This document shows positions 36,592 to 47,221 of a stretch of DNA of 64,000 nt, in pieces. Every line of letters begins with the position of its first letter. Position 1 is the first letter of the stretch. This DNA is from an uncultured Verrucomicrobiae bacterium. GTDB lineage: Bacteria; Verrucomicrobiota; Verrucomicrobiia; Limisphaerales; Palsa-1400. Below the pieces are notes generated by a model. It had not been told where the DNA came from, ran no database searches, and worked only from the letters and a program-made list of their open reading frames with translations. The stretch is taken from the NCBI GenBank assembly GCA_963702845.1, contig OY969763.1, positions 4,928,001 to 4,992,000 of the forward strand. The letters run 5' to 3'. The position numbers were made by a program, and so were the translations under genes.

Positions 36592-39500
36592 TTATTGAAA
36601 CGTCACACGCGGTCGGATGAATTTCTGCGTTCCGGGAGTGATCGCCGGCTTGAGTCTGACGGTCACCGTCTCGGTCAAGTTGTCGGGATTCGGAACCGCG
36701 CTGATTTGTTCAATTTGGGCAGGCGAATTGGTCCATCCAGAAAAATCGTCCGTCCAGTCCACCGTATAAGTCAGATCCAGCGCGCCGGGCCTTCGCGGAT
36801 AACTGCAGGTCAGGTAGAGCTGGCCATCGGCTGAATTGGTCTGGACGCTGAACTGAAACGGCTCGGGCGCGTCGCCCACTGGATCGGTATCGAAACCGTA
36901 TTCGAGAAGGTTTGGCCTGCCGTTGTGGTTTGGGTCGGCAAACGGCGCATTATCGCCAGCAATCGAATTGGGATCAAGTCCATGGGCCGCTTTCCAATCG
37001 TCCGGCAAACCAGTTCCAAACACATCCGGCTGTCGCGTGACCGTTTGCGAAATAGTCGTCTGATTTCCTCCGGTGGCGGCGTTGTCGGTGGCAACAATTG
37101 TCATCTGATTTGTGCCAACAGACAGCGGCAGGTTGAAGCTCCAGTGCGCAAACCCATCGGTCGTGCTTGCCGCGCTGCCGTTGACGGTGACTGAACTAAG
37201 CCCAGAAACCGCATCGGAAGCTGTGCCCTGCAATAAAATGCTTGGGTGCGTCGTATAAGAATTCGTCAGTATCGGAGCAACGGTTAATAGTGGCGCAGCT
37301 GTATCTTGAGTGGAAAACACAACAGTGCTCCAGGCAGAGGTTACTGAAGAGGCGATCGAACGCGCGCGGTAGTAGTAAGTCCCCCCGTTCACCAGATTGC
37401 TAAACGTTGAGGAATTCGCCACGGATGCATGTGTCGCCAGAGGGACGGCGAAACTTGCCGTGGCGGCGAACTGCGATTCGTAAGAGGTTGCTCCGCTAAC
37501 GGCGTTCCACGAAACGGTATTGTTCGTTCCTTTGCTGAACGGTGGCAGCGCTGTCATCACCGGAACTGGCGGCAGCACAGACAGAATGACGGTCCGAGTT
37601 GTGTTTCCAACGCCATTGTTGGTGTTGGCGAAGGTTAATGTGTTGGTGTAGGCACCGGGCGACAAAGTGTTGGCTGCGGAATTGATGCTAACATTTACCG
37701 AAGTCGCAACTCCCGCCGCCAATGTCCCACCGGTCGGTGAAAGGGTGACCCATGAGGCGTTCCCGGTCACGGTCCAACCCATCGGCGATACGCCACTATT
37801 TGAAACTGTGAGCGAAGCAGCCGTGGGCGAAAACGGTCCGCCTACGAGCCCTGAGCTACTGAAACCAGTCGATAATACAGTCAGAGAGGGCGGGCCAGTT
37901 ATCGTCAACGTAACAGACCGGGACGCATTTCCATCGCCACTAGTGGTGTTGTTGAAGATGATCGTATCGGTGTTCGTGGACAGAGATAACGAGTTCGCGC
38001 TGGAGTTGACTGATACAGTACAGCTAGTGCTCGCTCCGGGAGCCAACGTTCCAGACGTTGGCGACAGCGTCAGCCATGCCACGGTTTTCGCGGCTGTCCA
38101 ATTGAGGCTGAAGTTGCCGGAATTGGTCAAAGTATAGATGAGGTTCGACGGCGAAAATGGACCGCCAACATAACCGTTTGGATTGTAAGCGCTGGAAGGA
38201 GTAATACCGAGCACTGCGGATTCATTGTCGCGAATGACGACGAAACCCACGCCGCCTTGGTAGCCGGTCGCAGATGCTGAAATCATCGCCATTTGGGAGC
38301 CGTTGAGTAAAGTGTCGTTCGCAACCGTGAGCGTGAAATTGGTCGAAGTTTGTCCCGCAGGAATAACAATCGTCGACGGAACACTCGCGCGCGCCATTAA
38401 GCTCGATTGCAAATTAACGGTTAAATCCGCAGCCGCAGCAAATGGCAAGGTAACGGTTCCTGTCAACGGCGCCGATCCCTCGGTTGCGCTTGCTGGCACA
38501 CTGACGGTGATCGGCTGAACATCAAACGAGACTGCGTCCGAAGCGTTGCCGTTGGCGACAACAACCAAAGAATACGTCCCCGCTGCAAGTCCGGTCGGCA
38601 GAACAAAATCAGTGCTGACGACGGCGTTACTCGTCATCACTCCGGTGCTGCTCCAATTAAAAGTGCGCGCGTAATACACGTTGCCCAAAGCATTCGTCAT
38701 TCGCACCAGTGGATAATTGCTATCCATTTGCCAGTCATCGCCGTAGGCCGCGCCTTCACAAATACCGTTGAGACCGGTGCCGGTCAGATGAAAAGTCGCG
38801 TTAGCATTCTGCGTTATACCAGCAATCGCTGGTTTTCCCGCCGGCAATGGAGAACCAACAGGAGTGTAAGTATAAAGTTGGCCGGCAAAGTGCGAGAAGA
38901 GCACGGTGCCGTCAGGCAAATCCAACATGGTAGTGTAATATGACGGATTGCCCTCAGTCGTGCCTGTGGGCGCATTGATCGAGGTGAATGTATTTGCCAC
39001 GTAATCAAATTCGTAAAAGCTCGTTGGCGACGGAAAATGATCCGCTGAAGTCGGCAGTGGAGAAACTGCGCAGAGGATTTTTCCATTCACCATCATAGCC
39101 GCAGCCGCATCAGGCGTGCCTTGCGCGTTTGGAATATCCGGGCCCACCGTCCACGTTCCTGGACTTGTCGTGCCCGAAGGCGTGTAATAAGCGGAGTGTC
39201 CCGTCGACCCAAGGTAGAACGCACGCCCGTCCGGCAAAAGAAACGCTGCGCCCAGTTCAGAACCGTAAGGATCATAAAGCGAAACCGGCACGATCCCGTC
39301 ATCCACCCACGTGTTCGAGGCTGGAATATAACGCTCCGAGTGAGTGCCGAACGGATCGATGGTCAAGATGCTGTTGTCCGGCAGTTTAACCCAGCTTGCT
39401 TCGTCCTGGTATGAGCCCCGAAAAAGTTTCGGGCCGCTAATCCATGAGTTGTTGGTGATGTCGAAAATAATAGTGTGACCGGATGAACTCGGCCCCACTG

Positions 39501-39963
39501 GTGACACCAGCACATTGCCATTGGCGATGACTTTTGAAACCGAATCGGAAAAAGATTGGTTCGCCACGGGTGTCATGTTCCAGGCGTTGACCAATGGATC
39601 ATAGACCTCGCCGGTTTTTGTGCCGCGACCATACTCGCCGCCTGCGACGAACACTCGACCGTCTCTTAGAACGTCCGATGAAAAATAAAGGCGGTCATCA
39701 TGCATGGACGTCAAAGTCGTCCATGTCCCGTTTACGTAGCTCCCATGGATGTCTGGCGTCAGCTTATACCAGGCTACCGCCGTGCCGGAATGTTGCGCCA
39801 TGACGGTTCCGTCCGGCAGCAAGAGCATCAGACCAACAGCGCCGGGGGCGGTGTGTGCCAGCGGCGTCCAGACTCCCGCGATGAGATTCGGTGAGAGACC
39901 AAAAAATCCAACGAGGGTTAACCTGCACGCGCAGGATGTTAATCTTCGAATCGCATCTCTCAC
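36592..39963 (-). CDS. Large secreted protein: kelch/galactose-oxidase-like propeller, Ig/BACON-like and FN3-like domains, acidic D-x-D-type C-terminal repeats
   Basis: Signal peptide; LLPDG repeats with VAGGEYG..EVYDP; two WLTLSP..GTLA.G BACON-like units; YYYRAR; GLPDDW..DPNHNGRPNLLEY. Confidence 0.8.
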   Translation of the reverse strand: MRDAIRRLTSCACRLTLVGFFGLSPNLIAGVWTPLAHTAPGAVGLMLLLPDGTVMAQHSGTAVAWYKLTPDIHGSYVNGTWTTLTSMHDDRLYFSSDVLRDGRVFVAGGEYGRGTKTGEVYDPLVNAWNMTPVANQSFSDSVSKVIANGNVLVSPVGPSSSGHTIIFDITNNSWISGPKLFRGSYQDEASWVKLPDNSILTIDPFGTHSERYIPASNTWVDDGIVPVSLYDPYGSELGAAFLLPDGRAFYLGSTGHSAYYTPSGTTSPGTWTVGPDIPNAQGTPDAAAAMMVNGKILCAVSPLPTSADHFPSPTSFYEFDYVANTFTSINAPTGTTEGNPSYYTTMLDLPDGTVLFSHFAGQLYTYTPVGSPLPAGKPAIAGITQNANATFHLTGTGLNGICEGAAYGDDWQMDSNYPLVRMTNALGNVYYARTFNWSSTGVMTSNAVVSTDFVLPTGLAAGTYSLVVVANGNASDAVSFDVQPITVSVPASATEGSAPLTGTVTLPFAAAADLTVNLQSSLMARASVPSTIVIPAGQTSTNFTLTVANDTLLNGSQMAMISASATGYQGGVGFVVIRDNESAVLGITPSSAYNPNGYVGGPFSPSNLIYTLTNSGNFSLNWTAAKTVAWLTLSPTSGTLAPGASTSCTVSVNSSANSLSLSTNTDTIIFNNTTSGDGNASRSVTLTITGPPSLTVLSTGFSSSGLVGGPFSPTAASLTVSNSGVSPMGWTVTGNASWVTLSPTGGTLAAGVATSVNVSINSAANTLSPGAYTNTLTFANTNNGVGNTTRTVILSVLPPVPVMTALPPFSKGTNNTVSWNAVSGATSYESQFAATASFAVPLATHASVANSSTFSNLVNGGTYYYRARSIASSVTSAWSTVVFSTQDTAAPLLTVAPILTNSYTTHPSILLQGTASDAVSGLSSVTVNGSAASTTDGFAHWSFNLPLSVGTNQMTIVATDNAATGGNQTTISQTVTRQPDVFGTGLPDDWKAAHGLDPNSIAGDNAPFADPNHNGRPNLLEYGFDTDPVGDAPEPFQFSVQTNSADGQLYLTCSYPRRPGALDLTYTVDWTDDFSGWTNSPAQIEQISAVPNPDNLTETVTVRLKPAITPGTQKFIRPRVTFQ

Positions 39964-40040
39964 GTTGCCTTTATTTGATTCCTGCGTGTTCCCGGTTCCA
40001 AAAATAATGACACGCTCGTTCCGAGTCGTGTCTCATGATA

Positions 40041-41381
<1,341 letters not shown>

Positions 41382-41525
41382 CACTCGATACTTGGGCGTT
41401 TTCCTCAATGAATCAAGCCTCTTACTGCAAGGGTTTAGAGCCGAAGTTAGACACGAAGATTTCGGCTTTAAGTTGAAACGGCAATATCTTGCATTTGTGA
41501 CAGAAGTACTGTGTTCTTATGCCCG

Positions 41526-42572
41526 ATGAAGGTTGACGTACAGACGTGCCAACTTCGGTTGAAGCACGAATGGACCATTGCGAGCGGCTCAAAGGTCGGT
41601 GGCGGCTCTATGACCACGGACACAATCGTGGTGCGTTTGACGGACGGCTCACTGGCCGGCCTGGGCGAAGCCGCGCCTACGAAACGCTATAATCAACCGA
41701 CCGATCTATCGCTGGCATTTCTCAAGTGCGTTGATGGCTCTAGGCTTTCCTTCGACAACGTTCCCGCCAGCATGGCCTATCTCGAAACTCTTTCACCGCA
41801 TCATCCTGCTGCGAAAGCCGCCCTTAACGTCGCTTTGCTGGACGGCGCTGCGCGCAAAGCCGGTAAAGCAATTTACGATTTGCTCGGCCTTGGATTCAAC
41901 GAAGGTAAGCACCTCACTTCCTACAGCATCGGCATTGATACTCCGGCGATGATTGCCAAAAAGGTGCAGGAAGCAGCAGCGTTTCCGATTTTGAAATTAA
42001 AGGTCGGCGCGCCGGGCGATCGCGAAAATTTCAAAGCGTTACGCGATGCGGCTCCGACGAAAACGGTGCGTATTGACGGGAACGAAGGCTGGACGACTAA
42101 GGAAGAAGCTCTGCGCAATATCGAATGGTTCGCGCAGGACAAGAACGTCGAATACGTCGAACAACCGATGCCCGATACAACGCCCGCAAAAGAAATGGCG
42201 TGGCTGAAGGCGCGTTCGCCTCTACCGATTTACGGTGATGAATCGTATCACACGGCCAAAGACATTGATCTGTGCGCGGAATGTTTTCACGGCGTGAACG
42301 TGAAGCTGGTGAAAACCGCCGGCATCACAGGCGCATACGAAGCGTTGAAGGCTGCTCGCAAAGTCGGCCTGAAGACGATGATCGGGTGCATGATCGAATC
42401 GAGCATCTTGATTACGGCTGCAGCGCACCTCGCTGAACTTGCAGACAACCTTGATATCGACGGCAACATTTTGATCGCGAACGATCCGTTTATCGGCGCT
42501 ACTTCCGAAAGTGGCGTGATTTCATTTGCGAAGACGCCAGAGAAGTTGGGCCTGCGCGTTTGCCCCCGCTAA
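41526..42572 (+). CDS. L-Ala-D/L-Glu dipeptide epimerase (enolase superfamily)
   Basis: GLGEAAP, LKLKVG, RIDGNEGW, EQP, DES, VNVKLVK, MIGCMIES, DIDG. Confidence 0.9.
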   Translation: MKVDVQTCQLRLKHEWTIASGSKVGGGSMTTDTIVVRLTDGSLAGLGEAAPTKRYNQPTDLSLAFLKCVDGSRLSFDNVPASMAYLETLSPHHPAAKAALNVALLDGAARKAGKAIYDLLGLGFNEGKHLTSYSIGIDTPAMIAKKVQEAAAFPILKLKVGAPGDRENFKALRDAAPTKTVRIDGNEGWTTKEEALRNIEWFAQDKNVEYVEQPMPDTTPAKEMAWLKARSPLPIYGDESYHTAKDIDLCAECFHGVNVKLVKTAGITGAYEALKAARKVGLKTMIGCMIESSILITAAAHLAELADNLDIDGNILIANDPFIGATSESGVISFAKTPEKLGLRVCPR

Positions 42573-42611
42573 TTTCGTAACCCTGCTCACATCAGCGGCT
42601 ACATTATTCGC

Positions 42612-43610
42612 CTAGATATTCCCCGCCGTTGCCAAGCCGTTCAATTCGGCTCGTCGCGCGAAGGCACTTTGTGCGTTGTTGATATTTTCGGGTTTTCCCA
42701 TCCATGCGTGCATCGGCGCATCCTGCAACGCCCGGCCGTAGGAAAAACTCAAACGCCACGGAACTTCACCAATTTTGTTCATGGCATCGAGATGTTTGGT
42801 GGCAGCTTCAGATGTTTGCCCGCCGGAAAGAAACACGATGCCCGGAACTGCTGACGGCACGGTGTTGCGCAGGCAGCGCAAGGTCAACTCCGCGACCTCT
42901 TGCACCGGCGCATCGGCCGCGTCTTCACCGGCGGTGACCATACTTGGCTTGAGCAAAATTCCTTCGAGCTGAACGCGGTGGTCCCGCAACTCACGAAACA
43001 CTTCATTCAACACGCGAACGGTCACGTCATAGCAACGGGCCGTGTCATGAGCGCCATCTCGCAACACTTCGGGTTCAACAATCGGCACAATCCCCGCCTC
43101 TTGTGCAAGAGCCGCGTAGCGTGCAAGTAAATGTGCGTTCGCACGAATACAGTAATCCGATGGCGTGCGGTCACTGATATTGAAAACGGCCCGCCACTTT
43201 GCAAAACGAGCGCCCAGTTGAGCATATTCGGCGAACCGCTTGCCCAAACCATCAAGGCCTTCGGTGATTTTTTCTCCCGGAAAGTTAACAAGCGCGTTCG
43301 TCCCTTTATCGACTTTGATCCCGGGAATAATTCCGTTCTGTGCGAGGAACTTCGGGAAAGGTGTCCCGCTCGAGTGTTTCTGCCGAATAGTTTCGTCGAA
43401 TAGGATGACACCGCTGACGTGCTTTGAGACGCCCGGTGTCGAAAAGAGCATGTCACGATAAGCGCGCCGGTTTTCTTCGGTGTCTGGAATGCCGAGCTTG
43501 TCGAAACGCTTTTTGATGGTCGGCTGACTTTCGTCCGCCGCGAGAATTCCTTTGCCGGGCGCAACCAGCGCCTGCGCCGTTTGGGTGAGTGTTTCGTTAA
43601 TTGGTGTCAT
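42612..43610 (-). CDS. Fructose-bisphosphate aldolase class I
   Basis: KGILAADES, GIKVDKG, FAKWRAV, VPIVEPEV, LLKPSMV, FLSGGQ, SFSYGRALQ. Confidence 0.96.
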   Translation of the reverse strand: MTPINETLTQTAQALVAPGKGILAADESQPTIKKRFDKLGIPDTEENRRAYRDMLFSTPGVSKHVSGVILFDETIRQKHSSGTPFPKFLAQNGIIPGIKVDKGTNALVNFPGEKITEGLDGLGKRFAEYAQLGARFAKWRAVFNISDRTPSDYCIRANAHLLARYAALAQEAGIVPIVEPEVLRDGAHDTARCYDVTVRVLNEVFRELRDHRVQLEGILLKPSMVTAGEDAADAPVQEVAELTLRCLRNTVPSAVPGIVFLSGGQTSEAATKHLDAMNKIGEVPWRLSFSYGRALQDAPMHAWMGKPENINNAQSAFARRAELNGLATAGNI

Positions 43611-43654
43611 GCCTTTTCCCCCTGACTTGAGCCGTTCACTTCGGCGGTTACCTA

Positions 43655-44833
43655 TTACTCTGCGCTCGCAACGGATTTCTTCAACCCGAGGTTGCGCTCA
43701 TACGTTCCCAGCTTTGTCGGACTGGAAGCTTCTTTTGATCTGAGTTCTGCATCGAGATAAGCGAGCCGTTGTTGAGCAACGTCGGCGAGAGCGGTTTTCG
43801 GCAGCCGGTCGATAATTCGGCGCAAACTGTCTTCAGCGGCCCGGCGATCATTGGCAACTCGGATATGAAGGGTCGCCAGCAAATTCAGCCAACGCGCAAT
43901 GTTCTTCGGTGTCTCAACAGGGATCGCGATGAGTTGCTCCAATTGATCGGCGGCGAGGTCCATGCGCTTGAATTCGTCGGCGTAAATGACGGCAAGTTTT
44001 TCGCGCGCAGTCGTGTCCCAGGGATGAGCCTGAAGCTGTTCGACGAGGGCTGCGGCAGTTTCTGATGAGCGCGCTGGTTCCTCAACGGCGGCGGGGGCGG
44101 AGGTCAGCCCGAGATGACCTTCGTGGCGTTTAACTGTGTATGTCTTTGTGACCGGCACGGCGGTGAGCGAAGCGATGCGCTGGGCCGCCGTGTGCGCCTG
44201 TGGCGAATCGGGAAAACTCAGCACAATGCGTTCGAGATATTCGCGCGCGGCGCTCGCGTCTTCAGTATATTTTAGGCTCCAATCAGCCATCGTGTGCAAG
44301 GCTGTGGTGACGTATTGCACCGGGTGATTGGGGGCTTCGAGGAGGCGTTCGACGGTCAACTGCGCACTGGGCAGATCGTGCTGGTCTTCGGCTTGAATGC
44401 TGGCAATGAGCATGGTGGCGCGGAAATCGCCCGGAAACTTTTCGAGCTGTTTGCGAATTTCGGCAAGAGCACCGGCGTAATCACCACGTTGACGTCTGCC
44501 CTCGGCAATAGAGTAAAGCGGCGTCGGATCAACCTCCTGACGTCCGCCATCAAAAAGACTGGTCAGTGGACTTGCCACGAATTCTCCAATATGTGGTGCC
44601 CAAATTAGCCCGGCAGGCACCGCGAACAGCAGCAGAATCAACGGCGCAAACGGACCGAACTTCAGCGAAAATGGAAAACCAAATCCAAGAAGGCCGACAG
44701 TTATAATCCACTTAACAACTAACTTCGGCGGGTCTTCACTATTGCGAAGGGTGCGAACGGCGACCCAGCCAATGACGATAACAAAAAAGACCAGGCCTAA
44801 AATTCCGACGAATATGTTTCCTAGTCGATTCAT
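43655..44833 (-). CDS. Membrane-anchored TPR-like protein
   Basis: Three N-terminal TM segments followed by helical TPR-like repeats (QLEKFPGD, IVLSFPDS..A..AAQR). Confidence 0.7.
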   Translation of the reverse strand: MNRLGNIFVGILGLVFFVIVIGWVAVRTLRNSEDPPKLVVKWIITVGLLGFGFPFSLKFGPFAPLILLLFAVPAGLIWAPHIGEFVASPLTSLFDGGRQEVDPTPLYSIAEGRRQRGDYAGALAEIRKQLEKFPGDFRATMLIASIQAEDQHDLPSAQLTVERLLEAPNHPVQYVTTALHTMADWSLKYTEDASAAREYLERIVLSFPDSPQAHTAAQRIASLTAVPVTKTYTVKRHEGHLGLTSAPAAVEEPARSSETAAALVEQLQAHPWDTTAREKLAVIYADEFKRMDLAADQLEQLIAIPVETPKNIARWLNLLATLHIRVANDRRAAEDSLRRIIDRLPKTALADVAQQRLAYLDAELRSKEASSPTKLGTYERNLGLKKSVASAE

Positions 44834-44859
44834 AAACGCCGAATCACTCCGGCGCGGGG

Positions 44860-45618
44860 CTACTCTTTAGATAAATCAAATTTCAAGACCGTTTGCGAGC
44901 CTGTTTTTGCATTGTGCATGTCCATCTTTTCCAAACGCCATTGGCCGTTCACCTTTTTGAAGCTGCTGCCGTGCAGAGAGAATTCTTTGACCAACTTGTT
45001 TCTGGCATCGTAACCCTCGGCGAGAAGGATGCCGTTTGACTCTTTGTCGACGAAAGCCTTGATGCGGACGATTTCACGCGCGCTTGGATTGATACTTTCG
45101 AGGATATAGCAATCGCGGCCGAGACGCAGTTCGCCTTTGAGGCGGGCTTGCTCAGGCCAGAAAATGAATTCGGTTCCGAGGTCGGTCAGCCAAAAATCAG
45201 ATTGTGCGAACGGCACGTAAGCTTGTTGCGTTGCAATTGGTCTGGGTTGTGGAATCGGCGAACCGACTGTTGCTGCACGCGCGTATGCGTATTGGGGCAC
45301 TCCGCCGGCAGTGCGCGTGATTATTAACAGCTCGCCGGGAATGCCAGCAGTGGGCTTCGATTCGTAAATCGTTTGCCACGTGTTACCGCGCACGACGATT
45401 CTGCAGACAACGGGAATATGCTTTTTGCCATCATGGGAGATGTTAAGCACACCGTGAATTTCCGAATCGTGTTCAGGCCGACCCGCCTGAATTTCCCGCA
45501 CGAGTCTTTGGCCTTCGGCGAGTTGGTCGGCAGAGGGAGCGCTGACTCTCGCCCCAAACACGCAGCAACTTAAGAATGTAATGAAAACTGCCCCGCAGAC
45601 TGTGTATCTGTTTTTCAT
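44860..45618 (-). CDS. LolA-like outer membrane lipoprotein-sorting family protein
   Basis: Signal peptide; PFAQSDFWLTDL, GRDCYILES, YDARNKLVKE, KKVNGQW..MHN..T.L motifs. Confidence 0.72.
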   Translation of the reverse strand: MKNRYTVCGAVFITFLSCCVFGARVSAPSADQLAEGQRLVREIQAGRPEHDSEIHGVLNISHDGKKHIPVVCRIVVRGNTWQTIYESKPTAGIPGELLIITRTAGGVPQYAYARAATVGSPIPQPRPIATQQAYVPFAQSDFWLTDLGTEFIFWPEQARLKGELRLGRDCYILESINPSAREIVRIKAFVDKESNGILLAEGYDARNKLVKEFSLHGSSFKKVNGQWRLEKMDMHNAKTGSQTVLKFDLSKE

Positions 45619-45659
45619 CTCCGTTCCACTAGCCAACCACACCCTGACCGTTTTGTCTA

Positions 45660-47165
45660 CTAGGCGACGCTGGCGGCAAGCTCTTCCTCGACGTCCACGA
45701 TCTCTTTTATTTGCGCGAGGAACCAGCGGTCGATTTTCGTCAGGTTGAAAATATCATCAATCGTGAAGCCGGCGCGCATGGCGTGGCGGATGAAGAAAAT
45801 GCGTTCGGCGTTTGGGGCACTGAGCTTTTGGGTGATGACGTCGCGCGGAAGGATGTCGCGGTCGCCGTAAACTTCTGTGCCGATACGCCAGGCTTTGCCG
45901 TCGCCGCCGAGACCGGAACGGCCGACTTCGAGCGAGCGCAATGCTTTTTGCAAAGACTCTTTAAACGTGCGTCCGATGGCCATGGCTTCACCAACGGACT
46001 TCATTTGCGTGTTCAGCGTCGGGTCGGCTTGCGGGAATTTTTCGAAAGCAAAACGCGGAACTTTGGTGACGACGTAATCGATGGTCGGCTCGAAGCTCGC
46101 AGGGGTTTCGCGCGTGATGTCGTTTTTGATTTCGTCGAGCAAGTAACCGATCGCCAGTTTGGCGGCGATTTTGGCGATGGGGAAACCAGTCGCTTTCGAC
46201 GCAAGCGCGGAGGAACGCGACACGCGCGGGTTCATCTCGATGATAACCATACGGCCATTGTCGGGATTCACGCCAAATTGAATGTTCGAACCACCGGTTT
46301 CAACGCCGACGGCGCGAATGATCGCGAAGCTCGCGTCGCGCATGAGTTGATATTCTTTGTCGGTCAGCGTTTGGATCGGCGCGACGGTGATGGAGTCGCC
46401 GGTGTGAACGCCCATCGGGTCGAAATTTTCGATGGAGCAAACGATCACGCAATTGTCGGCGCAATCGCGCATGACTTCCATTTCGTATTCTTTCCAACCG
46501 AGCAAGGACTCTTCGATCAGGACTTCCGAAACGGGCGATAGTTCGATGCCGCGTTTGGCCATCATTTCAAATTCTTCGCCGTTGTAGGCGATGCCACCGC
46601 CGGTACCACCGAGAGTGTAGGCAGGGCGGATGATGAGCGGAAATTTGCCAATCTTGTCGGCGACGGCGTGGGCTTCTTCGATGTTATGAGCGGTGCCGCT
46701 GATGGGGACATCCAGACCGATGGAGAGCATCAGGTCTTTGAAAATCTGGCGGTCTTCACCACGTTGAATCGCGGCCGCATCTGCTCCGATCATTTCCACG
46801 TTGAACTTTTTCAACGTCCCACGTTTGTTCAACGCCATCGCGGTGTTAAGAGCGGTTTGACCACCTAGCGTTGGCAGTAAAACCAATTTGCCCTTTGCGC
46901 CCATGCGCTTCATTTCGGCGACTTCACGTTCGATGATTTTTTCGACGCACTCAGGTGTGATCGGCTCGATGTAGGTGCGATCGGCGAACTCAGGATCGGT
47001 CATGATCGTGGCCGGGTTCGAGTTGACGAGGACGATGCGATAGCCTTCTTCGCGCAAGGCCTTGCAGGCTTGCGTGCCGGAATAGTCGAATTCGCACGCC
47101 TGGCCGATAATAATCGGGCCTGCGCCAATAATCAGAACTGAATGTATGTCGTCGCGACGAGGCAT
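45660..47165 (-). CDS. carB: Carbamoyl-phosphate synthase large subunit, N-terminal half only (501 aa)
   Basis: [60 protein letters not shown]; stops after [13 protein letters not shown]. Confidence 0.92.
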   Translation of the reverse strand: MPRRDDIHSVLIIGAGPIIIGQACEFDYSGTQACKALREEGYRIVLVNSNPATIMTDPEFADRTYIEPITPECVEKIIEREVAEMKRMGAKGKLVLLPTLGGQTALNTAMALNKRGTLKKFNVEMIGADAAAIQRGEDRQIFKDLMLSIGLDVPISGTAHNIEEAHAVADKIGKFPLIIRPAYTLGGTGGGIAYNGEEFEMMAKRGIELSPVSEVLIEESLLGWKEYEMEVMRDCADNCVIVCSIENFDPMGVHTGDSITVAPIQTLTDKEYQLMRDASFAIIRAVGVETGGSNIQFGVNPDNGRMVIIEMNPRVSRSSALASKATGFPIAKIAAKLAIGYLLDEIKNDITRETPASFEPTIDYVVTKVPRFAFEKFPQADPTLNTQMKSVGEAMAIGRTFKESLQKALRSLEVGRSGLGGDGKAWRIGTEVYGDRDILPRDVITQKLSAPNAERIFFIRHAMRAGFTIDDIFNLTKIDRWFLAQIKEIVDVEEELAASVA

Positions 47166-47173
47166 TGCCGGAA

Positions 47174-47207
47174 AAAGCTAAAGGCTAAAGGCTAAAGGAT
47201 AAAGCGG
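47174..47207. repeat. Heptamer repeat (AAAGGCT) directly upstream of carB
   Basis: aaagct/aaaggct/aaaggct/aaaggat/aaagcgg. Confidence 0.7.
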
Positions 47208-47221
47208 AAAGATGTGATTCC

